A stretch of 48,562 bases of DNA, taken from the NCBI GenBank assembly GCA_018221205.1, contig JAAOYF010000016.1, positions 1-48,562 of the forward strand. Reading direction: 5' to 3'. Below the pieces are notes generated by a model. It was not told the origin of the DNA. It did no database searches and saw only the letters and a program-made list of their open reading frames with translations. Positions 9,443 through 18,950 of the stretch are shown piece by piece (positions within the stretch are counted from its first letter, which is position 1; each line of letters begins with the position of its first letter). This DNA comes from Candidatus Woesearchaeota archaeon. GTDB lineage: Archaea; Nanobdellota; Nanobdellia; Woesearchaeales; WJIZ01. A program made the translations under genes and the position numbers.

Positions 9443-11709
9443 CCTGGACACTTTATTACACTCGGAGATACAATATTCAACGGCATGAAGTAGTGTTCAG
9501 AGGAATGGAAGGAGATTTCTATAAACCCTTTAACCCAGATTTTAAGATGTTGGTTGTTCCTGATGGAGATAATGTCTCTTGTTATTATGAAAAAGAGAAA
9601 TTTGATCCTTTTGCAATACGAATCTACAAGGAACTCAAGCCGCATCTCCAGAAACATTATGTGGCTTTTCTTCAGGAAGGAGAGACTTTTGTTGCTTTTT
9701 GCAAAGAGATGAACAAGAGGGAACTCTCTTCCTGTTCTAATACAGAGCTCACCACCTTTTATGAGGAATTTTTTAGAAAAAATATGAAATTCTTCTCCAC
9801 ATCAGTATGGTTACCTTTCCTTATTGCATCCTTTGTCGAGCACGATGTCGAAAAGGAAATTGAGAAACTTTCTCTTGACAAACAAAAGTATGTAGCTGCT
9901 GTATTCACTCCACACATCGAGAATGCTGCCATGCAGATGCAGAATGATATTGCTACAGGCATGTCAGCGGAGGAATTATATCAAAAATATCGATGGATGT
10001 CTGTATCAGACATTGATGATGAGCCATGGGATCTTGAATATTTTAAATCCTTAGAAAAAGCAACTAAAGTTGAACGCGATGATAGTGATTTCAAGGAACT
10101 TATGAGCTCTGCAAGTAATGAGCAAAAAAAGATTTTTCGCATGGGAAAGCTCCATACATACATTAAGGATAAGCGAGACGAACAACGACGAGAAGGACAA
10201 TTCTATATCCAATCATTATACCGAGAGATGGGAAAACGCTTGGGATTAAGCTTGAAGGAAGTGACTTACCTCACTAGCCAGGAAATTATTGATAAACTTA
10301 ATGGGAAGAATGTTGAGGTTGATATCAAAGGAAGGATTAAGGGCTATACTTATCGATGGAGCCTAGGCAGGCATGAGATTCTTTCTGGAGATCATGGCGA
10401 CCTTGAACCGTGGAAAAAAATCTTTTCTCGCGAGTATTCGATGCAATATTGCGAAATTGTACTTCGATCCTTAGGCAAGGAAGTAGAGCATATCCTGCCT
10501 TATACGATGCAGAATCTTCTTATTGTCCCTGATAATGAGAATCAAAGCTGTTATTTTGATACGCAAGAGTATAATGATTTCATGAATGCTCTTGTAGACC
10601 ATTTTACAGGCTCTGCAGAAAAATTTAGAGAGTTTATCGATCTTTTTTTCAAGATCGGACAGGATTATGTTGATTTTTGCAAAAAAATCCATGAAAAAGA
10701 TGTAGAAAATCTCCATAATGATGAACTGAAGCAGATCATCCTTGATTATTATCCTAAAGCGATCGATTACACCTGCATTTTATGGGTAGGATTCTTACTT
10801 AATCAGTATTGGACAGAGGCAAACACAAAAGATTTTAGTGAAGATGTCAGAAAATCAATGCTTATTCCTGCTAAAAAGACTACAGTCATGAAGATGCAAG
10901 AGGAAGCAAGCAAGATCTCTCCGAATGATCCTGATAAAATAGCTGAGTTCATGAAGAAGTACCAATGGATACCTTGTCTGGATATTCATCATAAGCCATG
11001 GAAAATGAGAGATGCCACTGCATACATTATTACGCACACTGAACTTCCATCTGAGCAATTCATTACAGAGCCCGAGTCTGATAAGGAATTCTTTACTATG
11101 GTGAGGGAATTAGTGTATATCAAAGAAGTACGGGATGATTTCCGTAGGAAAGGTGTCTTCTATATCCAGAAACTGTATCAAGAGATTGCTAAACGCGCAG
11201 GAATAGATCTTGAAGACATTGCGTATTGGAGTGAGCCAGAGATCATTCAATTTCTTGAAGATAAAAAAATCGAGGATAAAACATCCCGGAAGAAAGGGTT
11301 TATGCTCTATTTCAAGGATGGAAAGATAACGTATGTTGATGAGAATATTTCTGATGAACTGAAAAACTTAGGATTTTCAGAAGAGGAAAGGAATGATGAA
11401 ATAAAAGGAACTGTTGCGCAAGAAGGAACTGCTAAGGGCAAAGTGAAAATTGTCCGCACTGTGAAAGATATCCCTAAAGTCGAAGAGGGAGATATCATGG
11501 TTACGGTGACCACTCATCCTGATTATGTCCTTGCTATGCAGAAGGCTGCTGCCATCGTTACAGATGAAGGGGGAGTTACTTCACATGCTGCTATTGTCTC
11601 TCGGGAGCTGAAGAAACCTTGCATCGTGGGTACGAAACATGCCACAAAGATTTTAAAAGATGGTGAAATTGTCGAGGTAGATGCTGTGAATGGCACGGTT
11701 AAACGATGA
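9439..11709 (+). CDS. Double helical domain + phospho-His swivel domain protein, paralog 4
   Basis: TDEGGVTSHAAIVSRE; internal repeat (LVVPDGDNVSCYY / LIVPDNENQSCYF; KYRW / KYQW; YIKDKRD / YIKEVRD). Confidence 0.9.
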   Translation: MTWTLYYTRRYNIQRHEVVFRGMEGDFYKPFNPDFKMLVVPDGDNVSCYYEKEKFDPFAIRIYKELKPHLQKHYVAFLQEGETFVAFCKEMNKRELSSCSNTELTTFYEEFFRKNMKFFSTSVWLPFLIASFVEHDVEKEIEKLSLDKQKYVAAVFTPHIENAAMQMQNDIATGMSAEELYQKYRWMSVSDIDDEPWDLEYFKSLEKATKVERDDSDFKELMSSASNEQKKIFRMGKLHTYIKDKRDEQRREGQFYIQSLYREMGKRLGLSLKEVTYLTSQEIIDKLNGKNVEVDIKGRIKGYTYRWSLGRHEILSGDHGDLEPWKKIFSREYSMQYCEIVLRSLGKEVEHILPYTMQNLLIVPDNENQSCYFDTQEYNDFMNALVDHFTGSAEKFREFIDLFFKIGQDYVDFCKKIHEKDVENLHNDELKQIILDYYPKAIDYTCILWVGFLLNQYWTEANTKDFSEDVRKSMLIPAKKTTVMKMQEEASKISPNDPDKIAEFMKKYQWIPCLDIHHKPWKMRDATAYIITHTELPSEQFITEPESDKEFFTMVRELVYIKEVRDDFRRKGVFYIQKLYQEIAKRAGIDLEDIAYWSEPEIIQFLEDKKIEDKTSRKKGFMLYFKDGKITYVDENISDELKNLGFSEEERNDEIKGTVAQEGTAKGKVKIVRTVKDIPKVEEGDIMVTVTTHPDYVLAMQKAAAIVTDEGGVTSHAAIVSRELKKPCIVGTKHATKILKDGEIVEVDAVNGTVKR

Positions 11710-13187
11710 AATATATCAAAGGCCTTATGAAACAGAAGCTGAAGCAGTGGATTAATAAGAAATGGTATCATCAACGCTTTGATGGCTCTCCTTATTTGAT
11801 GCATTTGATAGCTGAGGCTGAGATTAGAAAAGAAAAGCGAAAGCATGATGGTGATAACGAAGTGCATTATTGTTTTTATGATGATGGTAAAGGGGATTGG
11901 TACATCTTAATGGATGATATTAAGAAAATTTATACTGATGTTATCAGCTTATCAAAGAAAAATCCAAACATTAGCAAAGATTTAATCCTGTCCTGGAAAA
12001 AAGATGAAGATATTTTCTATAAGAAGTGTATAGAAATAGGAAAATTACAGCTAAAGGAGTTATCAGACAAAGAATTAATTGCACTGCATGACGAATTTAC
12101 TGATATTGCGCTCAATAACAATACCTCTTCTTCAGTCATTGATGGATTTGCTCTAGGCACCGATGAACTGATTGCAGATATGATCAAAGAAGGGTATGAT
12201 GCATCTGAATTAAAAGACAAGATGCGATACACGGAGGTTTTTTCAATTCTCACTGCACCTGTCCATCTCTCTTTCATCAATGAAGCAGAAGTTTCGTTAT
12301 TGAAAGTAGCTTTGGACCCGACTGAAGACAGTTTAAAACATCACCAGAAAAACTATTTCTGGACAAGAAACAATTATGTTGATAGTTTTGTGCTTACTGT
12401 TGATGATTTTAAGAAGGAAATAAGAAAACTGCACGATATGGATATCGATATTATGAAAGAAATTGAAAACATTGAGCAGACTCCTGAAATAAACAAGAAA
12501 AAGAAAAAGGAATTAATGGATAAACTAAGCTTAAGCCAAGAGCTGAAAATATTAATAACCATAAGTGAAGACTTTACGTACTGGCAGGATGAGAGAAAAC
12601 GATCTACATTCTGGAATGCTCATTATTTCCTCCTCTTGCTAAAAGAAATCTCCAGGAGAGTTACATTGCCTTTTGAGGAATTGAAATATGTTACACCAAG
12701 AGAAATTCCTAACTTATTTGTGAATCCGCCAACAGTTGAAGAATTAAAAGAAAGAAGGAAAAATTCTGTGTATTACTGGGATAAAGAAGGGATGGAATGC
12801 CTCTATGGCAAGGAAGCAGATGGCATAAAACAAGCAGTATTGGGAACTCAGGATTTATCAGATATTGATGATTTTCGTGGGTTGACCGCTTCCTTAGGAA
12901 AAGCAGTCGGTAAAGTGAAAGTGTTGAAGTCTGCTAAAGAAGTGGGCAAGGTTGAGGAAGGCGATATTCTTGTTGCGGTCATGACACGGCCTGATTATGT
13001 CCCTGGCATGAAGAAAGCTGGAGCAATTGTTACGGATGAAGGCGGTGTTACTTGTCACGCTGCGATTGTCTCTCGTGAACTGGGCAAACCATGCATCATC
13101 GGCACGAAGATTGCCACTAAGGTTTTAAAGGACGGACAATTAGTCGAGGTTAACGCTAACCATGGGTGGGTGAAAATAATACGATGA
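11706..13187 (+). CDS. Helical domain + phospho-His swivel domain protein, paralog 5
   Basis: TDEGGVTCHAAIVSRE; HQKNYFWTRNNY; WQDERKR; ATGA overlap. Confidence 0.9.
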   Translation: MKYIKGLMKQKLKQWINKKWYHQRFDGSPYLMHLIAEAEIRKEKRKHDGDNEVHYCFYDDGKGDWYILMDDIKKIYTDVISLSKKNPNISKDLILSWKKDEDIFYKKCIEIGKLQLKELSDKELIALHDEFTDIALNNNTSSSVIDGFALGTDELIADMIKEGYDASELKDKMRYTEVFSILTAPVHLSFINEAEVSLLKVALDPTEDSLKHHQKNYFWTRNNYVDSFVLTVDDFKKEIRKLHDMDIDIMKEIENIEQTPEINKKKKKELMDKLSLSQELKILITISEDFTYWQDERKRSTFWNAHYFLLLLKEISRRVTLPFEELKYVTPREIPNLFVNPPTVEELKERRKNSVYYWDKEGMECLYGKEADGIKQAVLGTQDLSDIDDFRGLTASLGKAVGKVKVLKSAKEVGKVEEGDILVAVMTRPDYVPGMKKAGAIVTDEGGVTCHAAIVSRELGKPCIIGTKIATKVLKDGQLVEVNANHGWVKIIR

Positions 13188-14608
13188 AATGGGAGATACA
13201 AGAAGCACCGTGTTCAAGCTATTGTGTGTTTGGGTGGGTGGATGCCGCAGTTGATGGATTGAAGAAGCATTTCGGCAAAGGATTGTCTATTCATGTCTAC
13301 ATTGGGAAGAAAGGGAAAGGCTATGAGTATTTCTTGCGAGAGGATCTTATTGAAACAGGTAAACATATCATCGAACAGTTCAAAGATAAGAAATTTAGGA
13401 AGGAAATCAGAGATAGTTGGAAGGGGTTCAAGAAAACAATGGATGCTCTTTTCGGAAAAATAATGCAAGGGAAACATCATGACTTGTCTATCGAGGAATT
13501 AGAGAAGCTGTATCATGTGTTTAATGCTGCTTATGCTGAATATTATGATTTGATGATGTTCGCAGAGCCAGTTGAACTTGTACTTGATGGTTTTTTTAAG
13601 GATTCTATCAAGAAATTGAAAGAGGATTTTTCTATTCTGACAACTCCTCCAGAGCTTAGCTTTATCCAGAAAGAGAAGTTGAGTGTTATCAAACTGATTG
13701 AGCATATTGGTAAGGATGCCATCATTAGCGGATTGAATGCAGATCAAAAGAGAGCGTTGCACGAGCATATCCATCAATTTGCTTGGCTTCGGTCGAGTTA
13801 TCTTGAAACACCTACGTTGTCTGAACAGGATGTGCTTGACCGAGCAAAAGAACTTGTTCAAAACGAGGTTGTTGAACGAGAAAAGAAAAAGATTCTTGGA
13901 TTTGAGAAAGATATTACGCAGAAAAAAGAAAGCATTATCTCAAAAAGCAAGCTTTCTCCTGAAACAGTGGAAATGATCCATATTTCTGATTTTACTGGTA
14001 TACTGCATGACGAACGTAAAGAATATACTCTCAAATGGCTATACTACTGTGCTCTGTTACTTGAAGAAATCGGCAAACGATTCAAGTATTCCTTGCATGA
14101 TATGTTCTTTTCTTCGAAAATAGAGATAGAACGTCTTTTCAAGGAAAAGAAACTCGATCCTCAAAAAATCAAAGAAGGATTTGATGCATTTACTTATATT
14201 CGAGAACCAGGGAAATCGACAGAATATTATGGAAAAGATACTTTGGGATATGAGAAGCAGTTTATGCATGAAGTAGATACTGATGTCAGCACTATTCATG
14301 GCATGCCTGTTTCAGGGGGTATTGCTGTCGGTAAAGTGAAAATTATCCATCTTACTAGTCAATTTCCTAAATTTAATGAAGGCGATATCTTAGTTGCACC
14401 GATGACTCGGCCGGATTATGTTCCTTTAATGGGAAGAGCAGCTGCTATTGTGACTGATCAAGGAGGCATCACTAGCCATGCAGCTATTGTCTCTCGTGAA
14501 CTGGGAAAACCTTGCGTTGTGGGGACGAAAACGGCAACAAAAGTGTTGAAAGATGATGATATGGTGGAAGTGAATGCAAATCACGGCTGGATAAGGATTA
14601 TCAAATGA
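13184..14608 (+). CDS. Helical domain + phospho-His swivel domain protein, paralog 6 (start reassigned to 13184)
   Basis: TDQGGITSHAAIVSRE; HIHQFAWLRSSY; LHDERKE; GGGTGA SD and ATGA overlap. Confidence 0.9.
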   Translation: MKWEIQEAPCSSYCVFGWVDAAVDGLKKHFGKGLSIHVYIGKKGKGYEYFLREDLIETGKHIIEQFKDKKFRKEIRDSWKGFKKTMDALFGKIMQGKHHDLSIEELEKLYHVFNAAYAEYYDLMMFAEPVELVLDGFFKDSIKKLKEDFSILTTPPELSFIQKEKLSVIKLIEHIGKDAIISGLNADQKRALHEHIHQFAWLRSSYLETPTLSEQDVLDRAKELVQNEVVEREKKKILGFEKDITQKKESIISKSKLSPETVEMIHISDFTGILHDERKEYTLKWLYYCALLLEEIGKRFKYSLHDMFFSSKIEIERLFKEKKLDPQKIKEGFDAFTYIREPGKSTEYYGKDTLGYEKQFMHEVDTDVSTIHGMPVSGGIAVGKVKIIHLTSQFPKFNEGDILVAPMTRPDYVPLMGRAAAIVTDQGGITSHAAIVSRELGKPCVVGTKTATKVLKDDDMVEVNANHGWIRIIK

Positions 14609-16032
14609 GCCCTATTGCAAAACATAAGCTGAAAGAATTTCCTATTAACGTGCTTCAGCAAGATTCTTACAATAAGACATTCCATTCTAAAGTGTTCACT
14701 CTTTTTGCGTCTTCAAATAGTATGATCTATTGCTTTGCTCAATTGCATAAGCCTCACTATGATTATTCTTTTACGTTTCTGGAGAATGAAGAAGGGAATT
14801 GGAACATGGATGCTGCTAGTTTACTTCGAGTTCGCGAATGGGTTGTGGAGAACGCGAAGACATCTACACAGCATATTGTGAAACTCTATGATCAATGGAG
14901 AACATACTGTGGGGATTTTACTCAGCTTTGTGATAACCTACGAGAAAAAGAGTTATCTTCTCTCTCTGACAAAGAACTATATGAAGAATTGAAGAATTTG
15001 TATGAGTGTTATCTTCTTGCAGGTTCTGTCGCGTATGTTACTGATTGCTTTATGTCCCGTGGAGAGGAAGATTTTTTCGAGCAGCTCCTTGCTGAGCAAG
15101 GGGTGGCGAAGGATATTGTTTCACAGATTGATTCTTTATCCTATACCTTGCAGTCACAACAGGAACTTGTTGATCTTGGTAAATGCATTAAGAAGAACTA
15201 TGGGACTTTTCCTCTTTTTGATGATCTATCTCAGGATTTTAAGGATGAGTTGAAGAACCATGAAGAGCGCTATTTTTGGATACAAAATAATTATCACCAT
15301 GTTCATTATGTTTCAGCTCAAGAATTCTATAAACAGATTCCAGATTTGAAAGAAACTAAGGCTGAAAAGAAGGAGATTCCTCCACAAGAACCTTTTGTTC
15401 AGAATCTTTTGAACATCGCCCAACTCTTTTCTGGATGGAAAGATGTCAGAAAAAGCGGTGTGGCGATGGGAGCGCATTTCTTTGATGTTTTCTTGAAAGA
15501 GATTGCTCGAAGGACTGCTTATTCTGCTGATGATCTTAGCTTTCTTATCTTCCACGAGATCAAGCCATTATTAGATGGAGAGGATTTCAAAGATATTATT
15601 GCATTAAGAAGAAAGAAATGCTTTTTCTCGGTGAATGCAGACAGTTATTTTGTCTGCGAAGGCGAGGAAGCAGAGAAATATTTTGCTTATAAGGAAAAAG
15701 AAGATTATTCTCAACTAGTAGAATTGAAAGGTGTGGTTGCATGCAAGGGCAACGCAACAGGCAAAGTCAGAGTTATCCTGAAAACAGGCGACATGAAGGA
15801 TTTTAAAGAAGGAGAGATCTTGGTTGCGAATCAAACCACTCCTGAATTTGTCCCTATCATGAAAAAAGCGGCTGCGATCATCACTGAACAAGGCGGCATC
15901 ACCAGTCATGCAGCTGTTGTTTCTCGTGAATTAAATGTGCCGTGCATCATCGGGACGAAGATTGCCACCAAAATATTGAAAAATGGGCAAGAGATTACTG
16001 TTGATGCTGAAAAAGGCATGGTGAGATTATGA
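14605..16032 (+). CDS. Helical domain + phospho-His swivel domain protein, paralog 7
   Basis: TEQGGITSHAAVVSRE; HEERYFWIQNNY; WKDVRKS; ATGA overlap. Confidence 0.9.
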   Translation: MSPIAKHKLKEFPINVLQQDSYNKTFHSKVFTLFASSNSMIYCFAQLHKPHYDYSFTFLENEEGNWNMDAASLLRVREWVVENAKTSTQHIVKLYDQWRTYCGDFTQLCDNLREKELSSLSDKELYEELKNLYECYLLAGSVAYVTDCFMSRGEEDFFEQLLAEQGVAKDIVSQIDSLSYTLQSQQELVDLGKCIKKNYGTFPLFDDLSQDFKDELKNHEERYFWIQNNYHHVHYVSAQEFYKQIPDLKETKAEKKEIPPQEPFVQNLLNIAQLFSGWKDVRKSGVAMGAHFFDVFLKEIARRTAYSADDLSFLIFHEIKPLLDGEDFKDIIALRRKKCFFSVNADSYFVCEGEEAEKYFAYKEKEDYSQLVELKGVVACKGNATGKVRVILKTGDMKDFKEGEILVANQTTPEFVPIMKKAAAIITEQGGITSHAAVVSRELNVPCIIGTKIATKILKNGQEITVDAEKGMVRL

Positions 16033-17429
16033 AAATTACTCAAAAGATAAATCAAATCAAATGGTATCGACAAGGCGCTAACTCAAGACTATGTTTTATC
16101 ATGAAGGGATGGGACGGGGCTTATTGCTATGCCCCCACAACATTAGGGATAACGTTTATCTTGAATGGGATTAAGATGGAGGGATACTTTGATGAAGATT
16201 ATATGAATGACCATGCTCGCAATATGATTAAATGCTCCAGAGAGAATACTCATAAAATTGACAAAGAGATGGATAGATCTAGGAAAGCATGGAAATTTCT
16301 AGAACAAATATTCGCTAAGGTCGATTATTCTGATATGGAAGCAATAAAGGCATCTATTACCGAACTTGATAAGGGCAACAAAGATATGTGGGATCCCGGT
16401 GTCGTTGCCGATCATTTTGATCCACATGGGGAGGAATTCTTACAAGAGGAATTAAAGAGGCAAGGTATTAAAATGGACAAGCAAGATCTTATTGTTATGC
16501 TGAGACCCAGCGAAATGACATACTATCAACAATTCAAATTAGCATTGCTAAAAGCTTTCTTCAAAAAAGACACTTCAGTTGTTGACCTATTGGTCAAGGA
16601 ATATTTTTTCATTGACAATAGCTGGGAATCCGCAAAAATTCTAACTGCGGATGACTTTAGAAAGAGATATGATGAACTCAAAGAGGATATTTCGGATGCT
16701 AAACTTCAATTTGAAGATTTGCAGAATGACTGGAAGTCAGAACAAAAGAAAATAATTACAAAATATAACCTGCCAAAAGAGATGCAAAATATCTTCCATC
16801 TCTATCAACAACTATTTTTCTTAAGGGATGAAAGAAAGAAATATGTGCAGCTGCTTGTGCATCACTTAAGCATACTCTACACAAAACTATCTGAGATCTT
16901 GGATATCCCATTTGAGACCCTGTCATTGATTAATTCAGATGCATTTACTAAAGATATGGACAGGGAGAGTATACTTGAGATCTGCATGCGAAGGAAGAAC
17001 TATTTTGCTTCAGCCTATCAAGGAGATAAAAATACCATTTTTGAGGGAGATGATGCAAAAGCTTTAGCAGAGGAGCTGCAAGCTGCAGAAGAATTTCAGG
17101 GAAAGGTGATTACAGGCCAAACAGCCTGTGGTGGAAAAGCAAAGGGATTGGCAAGAATAGTCATCGGTGAGACCCATTTCGGAAAGTTCATGGAAGGAGA
17201 TATCTTAGTTGCACCTATGACTCGGCCTGAGTATGTGCCGTTGATGAAGAAAGCTAAGGCGATCATAACAGATGAAGGAGGCATAACCTGTCATGCTGCA
17301 GTCATCTCTAGAGAGCTGAAAGTGCCTTGTGTCATCGGCACGAAAATCGCCACTAAAGTGTTAAAAGATAATGATATGATCGAAGTAGACGCTGATAAGG
17401 GCACGATAACGATTTTAGACAATCTTTAA
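16029..17429 (+). CDS. Helical domain + phospho-His swivel domain protein, paralog 8
   Basis: TDEGGITCHAAVISRE; KEYFFIDNSW; LRDERKK; ATGA overlap. Confidence 0.9.
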   Translation: MKITQKINQIKWYRQGANSRLCFIMKGWDGAYCYAPTTLGITFILNGIKMEGYFDEDYMNDHARNMIKCSRENTHKIDKEMDRSRKAWKFLEQIFAKVDYSDMEAIKASITELDKGNKDMWDPGVVADHFDPHGEEFLQEELKRQGIKMDKQDLIVMLRPSEMTYYQQFKLALLKAFFKKDTSVVDLLVKEYFFIDNSWESAKILTADDFRKRYDELKEDISDAKLQFEDLQNDWKSEQKKIITKYNLPKEMQNIFHLYQQLFFLRDERKKYVQLLVHHLSILYTKLSEILDIPFETLSLINSDAFTKDMDRESILEICMRRKNYFASAYQGDKNTIFEGDDAKALAEELQAAEEFQGKVITGQTACGGKAKGLARIVIGETHFGKFMEGDILVAPMTRPEYVPLMKKAKAIITDEGGITCHAAVISRELKVPCVIGTKIATKVLKDNDMIEVDADKGTITILDNL

Positions 17430-17454
17430 AAACTTCTAGCTCCTAACATAAACC

Positions 17455-18909
17455 ATGAATACATCCCAGATGAAGAGATGGATCCCTAAAGTGCATTGGT
17501 ACCTGCAAGGAGGGGAGATGAAGCCGGTCTATGGACTGGTTCCTGCTATCGCCTGCAAAAAGACCATGCAGCGTATTCTCAAACTTAACTATGGACCTTT
17601 AGCTGTACATGCCAGGCATGGCCATGCTTTTTGGTTCATGGACAAGGACCAGATGATGAAAATGGCCAAGACTATCCTTAGGAGATACCATAAAGATACA
17701 AAATACCTGGACAAACTCTATAAAACATGGCAGAAAGAGCTCAAAACTTTCTATGCATTGGTTGATGAAGTGAATACTAAGAATTTCAAGAAGCTGACGA
17801 ACCGAGAACTGACTCTTTACTATAAAGCATTCCTCAAAGCACATATCAACGTATGGAATCATTTCATCTTCATCGATGCGTTCGATCCTTATGGAGATCA
17901 ATTTGTCCAGGATCATCTGAAGAAGAACAAGCTGGATATCGCTAAAGAGGATCTTTCAGCATTATTGCAATCTCCCCTTCCTTCGTATATCACCGAGGAG
18001 AATATCGCTTTTCTCCAGATTGTTCAGAAGGCGTTGAAGAAAGATAGGAAATTAAATGATTATCTTGTTGAACATCAGAAAAAATTCTATTGGTTCAGGA
18101 ACAATTATGGCCATGTCAAATATATGACTGTTGAAGATTTTTACAAAAGATTGCATATGTTTGTGCAGAAACATTCTGCTCAGGAGATCAAAGAAGAGCT
18201 GAAACAGATACAGAAGATCTCTGATCGTGATAAAGTCATGCAGAAATGTAAGCTATCTAAGGCTGATAGGGTATTCTTTGATCTCTTCTCAAAGCTTACT
18301 TCTTATCGGGATGAGCGGAAGAAGATGAACCTTTTAGGATTGACAGCTGCCAGGTATGTCCTGTATAAGATCTCAAAACGATTAGAGATTGATGTAGGGA
18401 CACTAGAATATCTTGCGCCGTGGGAAGTCAAAGACATTTTCCATTGGGATAGAAAGAAGCTGTTTACGTTACGTGGAAGAAAAGAGAATTGCATCTGGAT
18501 CGCTCCTGAAAGGGATTTCCATTATTTTGGCATGGATGATGCAAAAGAGATGTTCGATCTTATCAACAAAAGCATCATGAGTAAGCATGAAGAATTGAAA
18601 GGAGTGACTGCATCTGTGGGAAAAGCAAAAGGAAGAGTGAAGATCATCCATCTGGTGAAAGATTTCCCTCGTTTTGAGAAAGGAGATATACTGGTTACGC
18701 AAATGACCCGGCCAGAGTTCACTCCTATCCTAAAGAAAGCTGCTGCTATTGTGACAGATGAAGGCGGGATAACTTCACATGCTGCTATTGTTTCTCGAGA
18801 ACTAGGTATACCTTGCGTTATCGGAACACAGATCGCTACTAAGAAATTGAAGGAAGGCGATCTTATTGAAGTTGATGCTGATCACGGTAGAGTGAAGATT
18901 CTTCGTTAA
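17455..18909 (+). CDS. Helical domain + phospho-His swivel domain protein, paralog 9
   Basis: TDEGGITSHAAIVSRE; HQKKFYWFRNNY; YRDERKK. Confidence 0.9.
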   Translation: MNTSQMKRWIPKVHWYLQGGEMKPVYGLVPAIACKKTMQRILKLNYGPLAVHARHGHAFWFMDKDQMMKMAKTILRRYHKDTKYLDKLYKTWQKELKTFYALVDEVNTKNFKKLTNRELTLYYKAFLKAHINVWNHFIFIDAFDPYGDQFVQDHLKKNKLDIAKEDLSALLQSPLPSYITEENIAFLQIVQKALKKDRKLNDYLVEHQKKFYWFRNNYGHVKYMTVEDFYKRLHMFVQKHSAQEIKEELKQIQKISDRDKVMQKCKLSKADRVFFDLFSKLTSYRDERKKMNLLGLTAARYVLYKISKRLEIDVGTLEYLAPWEVKDIFHWDRKKLFTLRGRKENCIWIAPERDFHYFGMDDAKEMFDLINKSIMSKHEELKGVTASVGKAKGRVKIIHLVKDFPRFEKGDILVTQMTRPEFTPILKKAAAIVTDEGGITSHAAIVSRELGIPCVIGTQIATKKLKEGDLIEVDADHGRVKILR

Positions 18910-18950
18910 GTTAATAAATACTTGATTATTAGCTTTGTTGGGGTGTTAGT

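Noticed and set aside
5593..18722. Recurrent similar minus-strand ORFs (e.g. 5593-5904, 7161-7367, 8447-8746, 17096-17284)
   Set aside because: Antisense shadows of the conserved His-domain coding sequence
4508..18909. Diversity-generating retroelement explanation for the paralog variation
   Set aside because: No reverse transcriptase and no template/variable repeat pair with adenine-specific differences; the C-termini are the conserved part
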